Positions 48,293 through 58,611 are shown, counted from the first letter of the stretch. The stretch is 64,000 nt of DNA from Myxococcota bacterium (GCA_049602155.1 JBMYRH010000019.1:23972-87971); one strand, 5' to 3'. Made by a program: numbers and translations. Notes: a model not told the origin generated them from the sequence alone.

Positions 48293-49396
48293 CTATAAGA
48301 AGCGCCCCTTGAGCGACTCGGGGACCAAAGGACAAACGCTCGCAGGCCGCGCAAAGAGTCGATGACGCACCCCAGCTATCCCGTCATAGGCGGCGTCGCG
48401 GAGGACACGCGGAGTCCATCGAAGGCACCACGCGAAGAGCCGCCAAAGCCCGCCCAACCTCATCAAACAACGCACCACTGCGTCGCTCTTGCACAAAACT
48501 CGGCCATCCGCGGTCAGCACGATCAAGCTGTCCGGTAACGTCGCACGCACGTCAGCGCTCACCCGCGCGGTAAAGGTGTCGCTCTTGAGGGGCGCGTAGT
48601 GAAAAAGGCGCCCCTCGATGTCCTCAGCGAGACAAAATCGCACAGCGCGGTGACAGAGCCCGCAATCACCGTCGTAGAAGAGGCGCTCAACGGGGCCGGA
48701 GGCAGAGGCAAACCACGAGGGCGTCAGGCAGGCCAAATGGGCCGCGATCGCCAGGACAACGCTGCCCTCAAGTGGCCCAAATGCCACACTCATGAGCCCC
48801 AGGATCAGCGCCATTGGTCGCGTCGAGCGCCAAAGCGCCAGGGGCAGAAACACCAGATGCACGCTCACCCCTACCCAAGCTGACAGTCCAGCTGCGGGGC
48901 TCCATGACATCGCCATGCCAGAGGCCAGGCCGGCCAAGAGATGCGACAGACCGACGACCAGCCACGCAATGTCGTGGAGCCGGTCGGAGAGGCGCCAGCC
49001 TCCCCCGGGATCCATCCGACCACGCGCCGACCACGACCCGTAGGGTGCCGGCCGCACAAAGGCGTGCAGCAAGAGCAACGACTCGAAGGCTGGCCACGCG
49101 ACCAGGAGTTCAGGTGCAGGGATCAGGAAGCGATGCAAGAGCAAGAGCGCACAGAGCGAGACGGCTGCTAATCTGTCCAGCACCCCGAGCGCCAAGGGCA
49201 ACGCGACGAGAGTGAGCAACCCAACCGCTCCCCAGCGTTGAGCAACCGTGCCCTCCGCCCCACCGAGCCATGCGTCCGCAGCGTAGAGCACGGCGGAGCA
49301 GGCAAAGAGCACCCTCAAGAGGCTGTATTGACCGCCTGTCCACCCATTGTGGGACCGCTCAGGGCGCGCGCGATGAGGCGTCGTCTCAGAGCTCAT
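48293..49396 (-). CDS. Membrane protein fused to a DCC1/DUF393 thiol-disulfide oxidoreductase domain
   Basis: N-terminal TM segments, then YDGDCGLC and RDAAYD..A..R.RLF...CP. Confidence 0.75.
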   Translation of the reverse strand: MSSETTPHRARPERSHNGWTGGQYSLLRVLFACSAVLYAADAWLGGAEGTVAQRWGAVGLLTLVALPLALGVLDRLAAVSLCALLLLHRFLIPAPELLVAWPAFESLLLLHAFVRPAPYGSWSARGRMDPGGGWRLSDRLHDIAWLVVGLSHLLAGLASGMAMSWSPAAGLSAWVGVSVHLVFLPLALWRSTRPMALILGLMSVAFGPLEGSVVLAIAAHLACLTPSWFASASGPVERLFYDGDCGLCHRAVRFCLAEDIEGRLFHYAPLKSDTFTARVSADVRATLPDSLIVLTADGRVLCKSDAVVRCLMRLGGLWRLFAWCLRWTPRVLRDAAYDGIAGVRHRLFARPASVCPLVPESLKGRFL

Positions 49397-49497
49397 CTCA
49401 CCCTCACGGGTCGCGGTCGATCATCTGTCGTGGAGTCCCACACGTCTCCACAGTAGACTCTGAGGGAGGCGACGCAAGGTCCTCGGAGGTGGATGCG

Positions 49498-50520
49498 ATG
49501 GTGGAACGGACTTCTCCCTATACCCTGGTCGTCGAGCGGGCTCCGCTCCCGATCGTGATCGTGCACGGCGGTGCAGGCTCGTACCTTCAGACCACGACGG
49601 CCGCGCAGCGGGCCATCCGGGGCGCACGCCTCGTGAAGGCGGCGGAGCTAGGGATGGGCGCGCTCGCGCGCGGGGGCGCGCGAGGCGCGGTCCTCGCAGC
49701 TGTGGGGTTTATGGAGGATGACGAGCGCTTTAATGCAGGTCGAGGGAGCCGGCTCCAGTCTGATGGCGTGGTCCGAATGTCCGCAGCCTTGATGGGGGGA
49801 AGAGAGCTACGGAGCAGCGCAGTGTACAACGTCCAGGGCTGCCCTCGGCCAAGTCAGCTCGTCGATGTGCTTCAGTCCCGAGGGGATCGCAACCTCGATG
49901 GGGAGGGCGCCGCGCACCTCATGACCGAGCTCGGCATGACCCCGGAAGACGTCCGCACGCCACAGAACATTGCGCGGTGGGTCGCCCTGTCTGAGGGGGC
50001 GGATCATGTCGACCGAGATTCAGCGATCGGCGACGCAGACGACGCCGCGATTCACGCTGCCCGAGAGGCAGGAATCGCCGTGCCGGACGACCTATTGCCA
50101 CCCAAAGATCAACGGTACGGGACCGTTGGCGCCGTCGCGATCGACACCTCGGGGCAGATCTGGGCCTGCACGTCGACTGGAGGCAGAGGCCATGAAGCCG
50201 TCGGCCGCGTCAGCGACACCCCCACCCCCGCTGGGAACTACGCCTGTGAGCGGGTCGGCCTCTCAGCCACAGGGTTTGGGGAGCAGATCCTCGACCTCAA
50301 TGTCGCCGGGCGCATCTGCACCCGCGTGATCGACGGCGCCACCCTCACAGACGCGCTGCAGCGCACATTCGATGACGTCATTGCACATCGGGGCCTCTTG
50401 GGCGTCATCGCGCTGACCGCTGACGGCGATGTCGGCTACGCCCACTCCACAGAGGCCTGCGGAGTCGCGTGGATTGATGGGGCGGGTAACCGACATATCG
50501 ATCGACATGGAGACGACTGA
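49498..50520 (+). CDS. Isoaspartyl peptidase/L-asparaginase (Ntn hydrolase)
   Basis: IVHGGAG, FNAGRGS, GTVGAVA (Thr nucleophile), TSTGG, GRVSD and SATG.GE. Confidence 0.88.
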   Translation: MVERTSPYTLVVERAPLPIVIVHGGAGSYLQTTTAAQRAIRGARLVKAAELGMGALARGGARGAVLAAVGFMEDDERFNAGRGSRLQSDGVVRMSAALMGGRELRSSAVYNVQGCPRPSQLVDVLQSRGDRNLDGEGAAHLMTELGMTPEDVRTPQNIARWVALSEGADHVDRDSAIGDADDAAIHAAREAGIAVPDDLLPPKDQRYGTVGAVAIDTSGQIWACTSTGGRGHEAVGRVSDTPTPAGNYACERVGLSATGFGEQILDLNVAGRICTRVIDGATLTDALQRTFDDVIAHRGLLGVIALTADGDVGYAHSTEACGVAWIDGAGNRHIDRHGDD

Positions 50521-50590
50521 ACAGTGCCACAGTCGATCGAATGTTCACCGATTGTCCGCTCACGGTGAGTGATCCATTTCGTCACCTGGG

Positions 50591-50605
50591 TGACAATTTT
50601 TGTCA
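50591..50605. promoter_or_regulatory. Palindrome TGACAA-TTT-TTGTCA, candidate enhancer site for a sigma54 activator
   Basis: Perfect 6-bp inverted repeat about 160 bp upstream of the -24/-12 box. Confidence 0.5.
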
Positions 50606-50765
50606 TCTCGCCGAAAAGCCGCGTAAACACTGGGCGATAAGGCTCGCACAAGATGTCACTCGGCCGCGGTTGACGCAGAGCGACATGACGCGCTTTGGAA
50701 ATACGACGATCTGCGCAACCTTTCAGAATCGAATAATTACAAGCACTTATCCGCGTCATAAATTT

Positions 50766-50781
50766 TGGCACATTACTTGCT
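50766..50781 (+). promoter_or_regulatory. Sigma54 (-24/-12) promoter of the pilin gene
   Basis: TGGCACATTACTTGCT matches TGGCAC-N5-TTGC with canonical GG-N10-GC spacing. Confidence 0.85.
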
Positions 50782-50946
50782 GACATTGATGGGCGGAACT
50801 ACATTGGCGAACCAAGATGGACCACTTCCTGACGGGTAGCTTCCAGTGAGTTCAGTGGTTCATCGCCATAGCGGCAAACAACGCGAACGATATCGTTCAA
50901 GTTAACAGTGGTTCGGACAGAGCCAAACACAAGAGGGAGAACAAAG

Positions 50947-51534
50947 ATGATGATGCGAATTCGCAACACGGATAAGGGCTTTACGCTCATCGAGTTGATG
51001 ATCGTGGTCGCGATTTTGGCCATTTTGGCTGTGGTCGCGGTTCCGGCGTTCATTAAGTACATGCGTCGCGCCAAGACGACTGAGGCCATCGACCAGATGG
51101 ACAAGATCTACAAGGGCTCGGCCATCTATTACACCACCCCCCACATCAACAAGGCCGGCGCCAAGTTGCCCTGCCAGTTCCCGACCAACCAGGGCGTGAC
51201 GCCGATTGAGGGCACCTGCTGCTCCACTGGCGGCCTTCCCGGTCCGGACGCGAACAACGATGACCGCTGCGACTCCGCGCCGAACACGTGGAACACGGAC
51301 ACTTGGTCCTCAGTGAACTTCCAGATCACTGACGAGCACTACTTCGTGTACTCCTACGCGTCCTCCGGCGTGCTGATTGATGCTGGCTTCACGGTCACGG
51401 CTAACGCCGACCTCGACTGTGACGGCATTCAGTCCACGTTCCAGCGCATGGGCTTCGGTGACCCTCAGGCGAACTTCGCTGAGTGCTCACTGCGTGGCTC
51501 GGCTGCCTTCTACGTGGAGAAGGAGACCGAGTAA
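50947..51534 (+). CDS. pilA: Type IV major pilin
   Basis: Prepilin cleavage site G|FTLIELMIVVAILAILA and AG-rich RBS. Monocistronic, with a sigma54 promoter and a strong terminator. Confidence 0.88.
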   Translation: MMMRIRNTDKGFTLIELMIVVAILAILAVVAVPAFIKYMRRAKTTEAIDQMDKIYKGSAIYYTTPHINKAGAKLPCQFPTNQGVTPIEGTCCSTGGLPGPDANNDDRCDSAPNTWNTDTWSSVNFQITDEHYFVYSYASSGVLIDAGFTVTANADLDCDGIQSTFQRMGFGDPQANFAECSLRGSAAFYVEKETE

Positions 51535-51557
51535 TCGGTTGATCCAGGCCTGAGAAG

Positions 51558-51590
51558 AAAGGCGCCTCCTTCGGGGGGCGCCTTTTTTTT
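51558..51590 (+). terminator. Intrinsic terminator after pilA
   Basis: AAAGGCGCCTCC-TTCG-GGGGGCGCC-TTTTTTTT. Confidence 0.92.
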
Positions 51591-51599
51591 GTCGTTTCA

Positions 51600-52694
51600 T
51601 TAGCGAAGCGACAGCGGCGCCCGCGCCAACCAGCGCTGACCCCGAGGGGGCAGACTCCCCAACTCATCCGCGGTGGGCGTCGCCAATGGCGCCGAGCTCT
51701 TCGTCGACCAAAAGAGCACAGGCCCCTGGGTCTGAAAGCCAGACAGCAGATGTGCGGCAGCCTTGGCCGAGTAGGTCGTATCCAGCCCTGGAGCGCCGCC
51801 CTCAGCGAAGCGGACTTTCGCGGCGATGCCCTCCTTCGTCGGGCAGCCATATCCGCCCCCCGTCAAGCCACCCGATGTCCTCAACCTCGGGGCCCGCCTC
51901 AGCACGTCCACCACATCCGGACCGCCTAAGTCGCGCAACATGGCCGCGGTTCGGAGCGCGAGACCGAGGATCCTGAAACGGGCCGTCACAGGCCATGGGC
52001 TGATGCGTACGGCGTGAACCCATGGACCGGCACCGGAGAACCCAAGCCCCATCGCGGCGGCGACTGCGAAGCCCACAAGTAGCCCAGCTGACGTGCACGT
52101 GCTCCCCACTGGGAGCACCACATGAGCCGGGGGCGGCAAGACAGCATCCTCAACGTCCTGAGCGACCTCAAGCGCCGCCCCAACGTGCCCCAATGCCCCG
52201 AGCGGCGTCGCTGCCCCCGGAGGGATGATCCGCTCATCTGACCGACGACAGCGGCGTGAGACCGCCCACACACCGATCGGAAATGTGAGGATAGAGCCGG
52301 TTAACCGAAGCTCACAGGGGGTCGTCGCGAGCGCCCTCAAGTTCGCTTGAGCGGTCTCAGTCGCCGGCTGAGGGAAGAGCAGCGCCCCCGTCGCCAACCC
52401 GACGGTCTGTGCGTGCGTCGCGATCGCTACGGCCTGATTCGATCCATAGGCCCCCATCGCCCAAACCCGCGCGACGCCGTCAGCCTTGGCGGCCCCAAAG
52501 ACGGTCTCGAGGCATCGCACCTTGTTGCCTCCGTAGAGCGCGGCGCTCTTGTCCTCTCGCTTCACAAAGTGAGGCCCTTGAAGTCCCGAGACGGCGAGCG
52601 GCTCGATGGGGGTCGGCCATTCACCTAAAGAAACCCTCGGAACCTGCCGGGACACTGCGGGCAATACCGCTTCGAGCGCGTCGTGACTCACCAA
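51600..52694 (-). CDS. PLP-dependent D-cysteine desulfhydrase/ACC deaminase family enzyme
   Basis: PTPIE, VKRED....GGNKVR, GSNQ, PVGSTCTSAG and LDTTYSAKA. Confidence 0.82.
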   Translation of the reverse strand: MVSHDALEAVLPAVSRQVPRVSLGEWPTPIEPLAVSGLQGPHFVKREDKSAALYGGNKVRCLETVFGAAKADGVARVWAMGAYGSNQAVAIATHAQTVGLATGALLFPQPATETAQANLRALATTPCELRLTGSILTFPIGVWAVSRRCRRSDERIIPPGAATPLGALGHVGAALEVAQDVEDAVLPPPAHVVLPVGSTCTSAGLLVGFAVAAAMGLGFSGAGPWVHAVRISPWPVTARFRILGLALRTAAMLRDLGGPDVVDVLRRAPRLRTSGGLTGGGYGCPTKEGIAAKVRFAEGGAPGLDTTYSAKAAAHLLSGFQTQGPVLFWSTKSSAPLATPTADELGSLPPRGQRWLARAPLSLR

Positions 52695-52826
52695 AAGAGA
52701 GTCTGCTTCACGCGACTCAAGGTCAAGCGACCATAGACAGCGCCCCTGCGGCCCCCTAAACTCTCCTGGTCAGTGGTCTAGGAAAGAGCGGCCAGACCAG
52801 AGGCTGAGTTCCACACACGAATTTCT

Positions 52827-55088
52827 GTGAGGCTAGCGCCGTTGCGTATCGCGTTATTAGCGTTCGTCGTATTGGGTATGTGGGGATGCCAAGAGAACTC
52901 TTGGATGAACTGGAGCAGCATACCTGGCGTCGGCGAAGTCGTCCCGGACGACACCACGGAGGTCACGACCACGGACAAGACGTCGGTCGAAGACCTCCTC
53001 AAGGTCCCCTGGACGCCTAGGACACCCGCTGAGGTTCGACAGCAAGGCAACTTCCTAAAAGATGCGACGTCGCACTACCTGAAGCAGCACTCTCAGAACC
53101 CGATAGAGTGGTACGGGTGGCACCCCGCAGCCATCGAGCGAGCGACCAAAGAGAACAAGCCCATCTTCCTCTCCGTTGGCTACTCCGCTTGTCACTGGTG
53201 CCAAGTCATGGAGGGAGAGGTCTTCGACGACGATGACACCGCTGCGTTCATGAACAAGCACTTCGTGAACATCAAAGTCGACCGCGAAGAACGACCAGAC
53301 ATCGACGCCATCTACATGGACGCCGTGCTGAAGATGAACAAGGGTAACGGCGGTTGGCCCATGACGGTCGTCTTGACCCCCAGCCTCAAGCCGTTCTTCG
53401 GGGGTACCTACTTCCCCAAGGCGCGCTTCGCCGCTCTGATGCGTCAGGCTGCAGAGCGCTTCAAATTCGATCGTAAGACGATCGAGGCACGGAGTGAAGA
53501 GGTCGTCGCGGAGATGAACCAAACGATCCAGGGCAACCCAGCGCTCGTCTTCAACCATCGTGCATTACGGGCAGTCATGCGCCGCGCCCTCGACTCCCTC
53601 GACAAGGAGAACGGCGGGCTCGTCGGAGAGATGAAATTCCCCACTCCTGTGCGATGGCGCTACCTCGTCAACGCGTATCGCAAGTGGGGCAACAGCGACC
53701 TGAAGAAGGCCCTGCGCCTCACCTTGGATCAAATGAGCCTCGGTGGCCTGCACGACCACATCGGTGATGGGTTCCACCGTTACACCATCGACGCCACGTG
53801 GACGACGCCCCACTTCGAGAAGATGCTCTACGACAACGCGCAGCTCGCGAGCCTCTTCCTTGAGGCAGGAATCGCCTTCGACGATGCGCGCTACCTAGGG
53901 ATTGGGAAGTCCTGCGCGGACTTCTTAGTCAAGGAACTGCTCGACCCGAAAGGTGGCTTCTACGCGAGCTATGCCGCAGACAGTGACGACAAAGAGGGGG
54001 CCTTCTATGTGTGGACCCCTGAGGAACTCCGAAAGATCGCGGGCGACCGAGACGGGACGGCGCTTGCTGCGGTCATGGGCGTCACTGCAGAGGGCAACTT
54101 CGAAGAGAAGACGAGCGTCGTCACCCGGCGCGCAGATCTCGAGGACATCGGCCGCAAGCTCAACCGCCCGGTGAAGGCACTCCGCGAGCTCTTCGACACC
54201 TGGAAGCCGACCCTGTACCAGGTCCGCGCCAAGCGCACCTGGCCGGCGCTCGACCCAAAGATGGTGACGGGGTGGAATGGGCTCGCGATCTCGGCGGTCG
54301 CGAAGGCCTACGTCATGACGCGCGAACCGCGCTTCCTCGAGGCGGGCATGAAGACGGCGGAGCGGATCTGGACGCTCCATCGACACTCGGACGGCTCCTT
54401 GGCCCGCGCATCCACAGATGGTCAGACCTCCGAAGAGGCGATCTTAGACGACTACGCCTTCCTCGCAGTCGGGCTCCTCGATCTCTTTGAGGCGAGCGGC
54501 AAGCCCGCGTACCTGAGGTGGGCCCGGACCCTCGTCGCAGACGCCGATAAGCGATTTCGACGACCACAGCCTGGCTGGTTTCAGACCCCGCAAGGCGATA
54601 AGACCCTCATCTATCGGCACTTTGAACCCTACGACTCCGTGCTGCCCTCCGGGAACTCCCAGATGCTGGAAGCCCACCTGCGCCTCGCGGGGCTGACGGG
54701 CGCGACCGCGCACTTCGATACAGTGCGAGACACCCTCGCGACCTACACCGACACCTTCACAAAGTCTGGGCTCGGCATGGGGGGCTGGGCCTCTGTCGCG
54801 CTGCGCAATGAGGGCCCGTTCTACGAGGTCGTGATCGCCGGCGACGGCGTCCAACGTGACGCCCTAGAGAGCGCTTGGCGCTCGATAAAGCCGACCTGGG
54901 CTGTAAAGGTCGACGTCCCCGCTGGAGGGCTCCCGAAGTCACTGGAGCAAGAACTCGTCCCGGCTCGCGGCAAGCTCGCTGAGCTTGGCAAAGCAAAGGC
55001 GTATGTCTGTGTCCGAGGCGCCTGCCAGAAACCCACAAGCGACCCCAAAGAATTCATCGCTCAGCTCAGCTTAGGCTGGCGGCACTGA
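52827..55088 (+). CDS. YyaL/SSP411 (DUF255) thioredoxin plus alpha-barrel protein
   Basis: FLSVGYSACHWC, IKVDREERPDID, GGWP, PHFEKMLYDNAQL and AYVC...C..P. Possible N-terminal lipobox (MWGC). Confidence 0.9.
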   Translation: MRLAPLRIALLAFVVLGMWGCQENSWMNWSSIPGVGEVVPDDTTEVTTTDKTSVEDLLKVPWTPRTPAEVRQQGNFLKDATSHYLKQHSQNPIEWYGWHPAAIERATKENKPIFLSVGYSACHWCQVMEGEVFDDDDTAAFMNKHFVNIKVDREERPDIDAIYMDAVLKMNKGNGGWPMTVVLTPSLKPFFGGTYFPKARFAALMRQAAERFKFDRKTIEARSEEVVAEMNQTIQGNPALVFNHRALRAVMRRALDSLDKENGGLVGEMKFPTPVRWRYLVNAYRKWGNSDLKKALRLTLDQMSLGGLHDHIGDGFHRYTIDATWTTPHFEKMLYDNAQLASLFLEAGIAFDDARYLGIGKSCADFLVKELLDPKGGFYASYAADSDDKEGAFYVWTPEELRKIAGDRDGTALAAVMGVTAEGNFEEKTSVVTRRADLEDIGRKLNRPVKALRELFDTWKPTLYQVRAKRTWPALDPKMVTGWNGLAISAVAKAYVMTREPRFLEAGMKTAERIWTLHRHSDGSLARASTDGQTSEEAILDDYAFLAVGLLDLFEASGKPAYLRWARTLVADADKRFRRPQPGWFQTPQGDKTLIYRHFEPYDSVLPSGNSQMLEAHLRLAGLTGATAHFDTVRDTLATYTDTFTKSGLGMGGWASVALRNEGPFYEVVIAGDGVQRDALESAWRSIKPTWAVKVDVPAGGLPKSLEQELVPARGKLAELGKAKAYVCVRGACQKPTSDPKEFIAQLSLGWRH

Positions 55089-55091
55089 CCG

Positions 55092-56372
55092 CTAAGGCGC
55101 GTCCTCGACGACGGGATCAGGTCCCCAAGGCGCGACCCACTTGAGCAAGATCATCCCAGGGATGGCGATGAGCGCACAGAGGAGGAAGAAATTCGTCCAG
55201 CCTACGCCCTCGACGATGAAGCCCGTCGAGGCGTTCGCGAAGGTGCGCGGGATCCCCATCACGCTCGTGAGGAGAGCGTACTGCGTGGCTGTGTAGCGCC
55301 TATCTGTCGTCCGGGCCATGTAGGCGACAAAGGCCGCGCCCCCCAGCCCGACCCCGAGGTACTCAGCGCTGACGACCCAGAAGAGCCACGTCGGGTCATT
55401 GCCGACCTCGGCGAGCGCGGCGAAGCCCAAGATGGTGACGAGCTGAACGACCCCAAAGCACCATAACGAGCGGTTGATTCCCATCCGAATCATGAAGAGG
55501 CCGCCGAGGGTGGCGCCGGCAGCCCCAGCCCAGAGCGCGGCCGCCTTCGCCACGGTCCCGATCTCGGTCTTACTAAAGCCCAGGTCGAGGTAAAAGGGGG
55601 TCAAGAGCGCCGTCGCCATGCTGTCGCCCAGCTTATAGAGCAACATGAAGGCGAGGATGAGCAGCGCAGAGCGCACGCCGTCGCGCGCAAAGAACTCCTT
55701 GAAGGGCTCAACGACGGCCTCCTTGAAGGTCTTCGAGGTGCCCTCGACAGCCGCGGGTTCGGGCATCATGAGCGTCGTGATTATCCCAACACCCATAAAC
55801 GCCGCGACGATGAGGTGCACCGTCGACCACGGCATCTGATCGGCCAAGATCAAAGCCAGGGAGCCTGGGACGAGCATCGAGAGCCTATAAGCGTTGACGA
55901 ACATCGAGTTACCGATCCCGAGTTCCACGTCGGGTAAGAGCTCCCGTCGGTGAGCGTCTAGGACGATGTCCTGGCTCGCGCTGAAGAAAGCGACGATGCC
56001 GACGACCGCGGCGACGCTCCAGATCTCGGTGGTGGGATCCAGCGGTCCAAAGCCCGCGATGGCGCCGAGCAACGCGATCTGCGTCATAAGCGCCCAACCT
56101 CGTCGGCGCCCCAAGATGGGGGGCTTGAAGTGGTCGATAAGCGGCGACCACAGGAACTTCCACGTGTAGGGGAAGCCGATGAGTGAGAAGAGCCCGATGG
56201 TCTTCAGGTCGACCCCCTCATCCCGGAGCCAGGCTGGGATCAGGTGATAGAGGACATAGAGCGGCATCCCTGAAGAGAAGCCACTGAAGATGCAGACCAA
56301 CATCCGTGTGTTGGCCAGCGCCTTCCAGATCGATGGCTTGGGGGGGTCAGGCGATGGGGCAGAGTCGCTCAC
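55092..56372 (-). CDS. ampG: AmpG muropeptide permease (MFS)
   Basis: GFSSGMP, PYTWKFLWSP, GRRRGW, SASQDIVLDA, YKLGD and ATQYALL. Confidence 0.9.
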   Translation of the reverse strand: MSDSAPSPDPPKPSIWKALANTRMLVCIFSGFSSGMPLYVLYHLIPAWLRDEGVDLKTIGLFSLIGFPYTWKFLWSPLIDHFKPPILGRRRGWALMTQIALLGAIAGFGPLDPTTEIWSVAAVVGIVAFFSASQDIVLDAHRRELLPDVELGIGNSMFVNAYRLSMLVPGSLALILADQMPWSTVHLIVAAFMGVGIITTLMMPEPAAVEGTSKTFKEAVVEPFKEFFARDGVRSALLILAFMLLYKLGDSMATALLTPFYLDLGFSKTEIGTVAKAAALWAGAAGATLGGLFMIRMGINRSLWCFGVVQLVTILGFAALAEVGNDPTWLFWVVSAEYLGVGLGGAAFVAYMARTTDRRYTATQYALLTSVMGIPRTFANASTGFIVEGVGWTNFFLLCALIAIPGMILLKWVAPWGPDPVVEDAP

Positions 56373-56426
56373 CCACCGATGATGCCCGCATCCCTACAGC
56401 GCGCCAGTTTGCTGCCCATCAGGGCG

Positions 56427-57233
56427 CTAGAACATCGGCGCCGTGCCCGGTGTCCATGGGCCTGGGGGATCGTCACCACGGGACGTGAGGATGATCGGCC
56501 CATCATCCGTGACCGCGATCGAATGCTCCCAATGTGCGCTCACCGACTTGTCCGCCGTGATCACCGTCCAACCATCGTCCATCATCTGGGTGGCGTGGGT
56601 GCCGAGGTTCACCATCGGCTCAATGGCGAGGCACCAGCCACTCTTCAAGCGTCGACCGGTGCCGGGGATGCCGTAATTGGGGATCTGCGGGGCCTCATGG
56701 AGTCTGCGCCCCACACCGTGACCGCAGAAGTCTTGAACGATGCCGTAGCCGAAGGGGTCGATGTAAGACTCCACTGCGCTCCCGATATCCCCGACGCGGT
56801 TCCCAGGAATGCTCACAGCGATCGCCTCATACAAGCTGGCCCGGGTCCGGTCGACCAGGTCTTGGACCTCTTTGGAGACCGAGCCGATGACGAGCGTCAC
56901 CGCGCTGTCACCGACGTAGCCGTCTAGGGTGGCGCCACAGTCGACGCTGACGACGTCACCGTCCTGAATGACGCGATCTGAGGGGATCCCGTGGACGATC
57001 TCCTCGTTGATCGAGATGCAGAGCGTCGCCGGGAAGACCTCGGGCCCGACCTGGTAGCCCTTGAAGGTCGGGGTCGCGCCCGCCTTGCGGATGAGCGCCT
57101 CAGCGCGGCTGTCCATCTGACTGGTCGTGATCCCCGGCACGACAAAGTCGCGGAGCATCTTGTGCACGTCACCGACGATCTGACCGGCGCGGCGCATCTT
57201 CTCAATCTCGGCTTTGGATTTTCGGACGATCAT
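56427..57233 (-). CDS. map: Methionine aminopeptidase type I
   Basis: CISINEEIVHGIP, GDSAVT, GHGVG..LHE, AIEPM and SAHWEH. Confidence 0.95.
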   Translation of the reverse strand: MIVRKSKAEIEKMRRAGQIVGDVHKMLRDFVVPGITTSQMDSRAEALIRKAGATPTFKGYQVGPEVFPATLCISINEEIVHGIPSDRVIQDGDVVSVDCGATLDGYVGDSAVTLVIGSVSKEVQDLVDRTRASLYEAIAVSIPGNRVGDIGSAVESYIDPFGYGIVQDFCGHGVGRRLHEAPQIPNYGIPGTGRRLKSGWCLAIEPMVNLGTHATQMMDDGWTVITADKSVSAHWEHSIAVTDDGPIILTSRGDDPPGPWTPGTAPMF

Positions 57234-57390
57234 CAGTGACTCCAAGGAGAGAGCGAGGGACCTAGCACGCCCTGAGCAGCGACTTCAAGCATCGGCGCAG
57301 TCCACCTCGGAGACGAACACTGTCCCCACCTTCTTGCCCGGACCGCCTCAGATGCGGACAATGACGCACGGTGTTTACTTGGAGGCCCCA

Positions 57391-58611
57391 ATGATTCGAC
57401 TGTTGGTCATCACACTCACGACCCTCGCCCTCGCCCTCGCCGGGGTCGCCTGCGACAGCGGCACCACCGGTGGCTCAGGGGACAACGCCAACCTCGAGCA
57501 GACGTGCTCGCCTAACCTGCAACAAGAGTGTCCATGTGGCGGCGGCGTCACGGGGATCCAAGCCTGCGCTGAAGACGGCATGGGGTGGACACCTTGCCAG
57601 TGCGGAGAGGACAGTCCCGAGGCCGATCTCCCCCTCACCGTCGATGGCAACACCGGCTCCACGGAGCCTGTCCCAGCTGGGCCGATGATCGATGGCCCGT
57701 GTGACGACAACGGAGAGGAGCTGTGCGCCGGCGACGAAGAGGCCGTGCTCATCTGCTCCGGCGGCACGTGGCGCGAGTCCTTCGCTTGTAGCGAGGGTGA
57801 GCTCTGTGAAGACGCCGACTGCGTCGCAGATCCAGCCGTGTGTGCCCCAAGCTGCTCAGGCATGGCCTGCGGTGATGACGGCTGTGGCGGCTCCTGTGGC
57901 TCCTGCCCACCTGGAGAGACCTGCAACAACATCAGCGGCGTCTGCGAAGGGGGCGACGGCAACTGTGTCCCTAACGCCTCGAAAGAATGCGTCGAAGCAG
58001 ACGGCGTCGTGGCCGCCTACTGGTACAACTCCTGCGGCGAGCAGGGCGCGTGGATCGAGACCTGCCAGGGCGATGACTACTGCAGCGGCGGAGAATGCGT
58101 CCAAGGGTGCACCTACCACGCCGCCAAGCGATGCAGCGGCGACACCATCATGTGGTACGACTCCTGCGGCGAAGAAGAGAGCGCCTTCCAGGCCTGCGAG
58201 AGCTACGAGTACTGCATCCACACCTCGGACACAGAGGCCGCATGCCTCAAGGGCGTCTATGCCGGGCAGTGGATGGTCGAAGCGAGCCCGTCTGACCCCA
58301 TGTTCTACGACAACGTCTTCACGCTCACTGAGGACTCTGAAGCCGGCACCGTCACCTTCCAAGAGAACATCCCTGGGGTCGGGATGACCTATTACACGGG
58401 GACCCTGGATGGAAAACTCCTGATCGCCGAGGGCAGCTACGACAGCGGCGGCGCCACCTACGCGATCACGATCCAGATCACCTTCTCTGTCCCCCCCGAC
58501 ACCAACGGCGTCGCGCCGACCGCTTTCACAGGCTTCTGGGCGACAGACGCCCAGCTCGAGGGCATGAGCTTGGGCTCATTCGTGACCAACATCGTCGGCA
58601 CCAAGCAGTAG
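57391..58611 (+). CDS. Cys-rich lipoprotein with a CGDDGCGGSCG unit and beta-rich C-terminus
   Basis: GGAGG RBS, lipobox GVAC, CGDDGCGGSCGSC and YWYNSCG/WYDSCG repeats. Confidence 0.72.
   Translation: MIRLLVITLTTLALALAGVACDSGTTGGSGDNANLEQTCSPNLQQECPCGGGVTGIQACAEDGMGWTPCQCGEDSPEADLPLTVDGNTGSTEPVPAGPMIDGPCDDNGEELCAGDEEAVLICSGGTWRESFACSEGELCEDADCVADPAVCAPSCSGMACGDDGCGGSCGSCPPGETCNNISGVCEGGDGNCVPNASKECVEADGVVAAYWYNSCGEQGAWIETCQGDDYCSGGECVQGCTYHAAKRCSGDTIMWYDSCGEEESAFQACESYEYCIHTSDTEAACLKGVYAGQWMVEASPSDPMFYDNVFTLTEDSEAGTVTFQENIPGVGMTYYTGTLDGKLLIAEGSYDSGGATYAITIQITFSVPPDTNGVAPTAFTGFWATDAQLEGMSLGSFVTNIVGTKQ

Noticed and set aside
50871-50900. GGCAAAC in the pilA leader suggested a GEMM-I (c-di-GMP/cGAMP) riboswitch
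   Set aside because: No GNRA-capped stem followed by GACGCAAAGC and no tetraloop receptor are visible.
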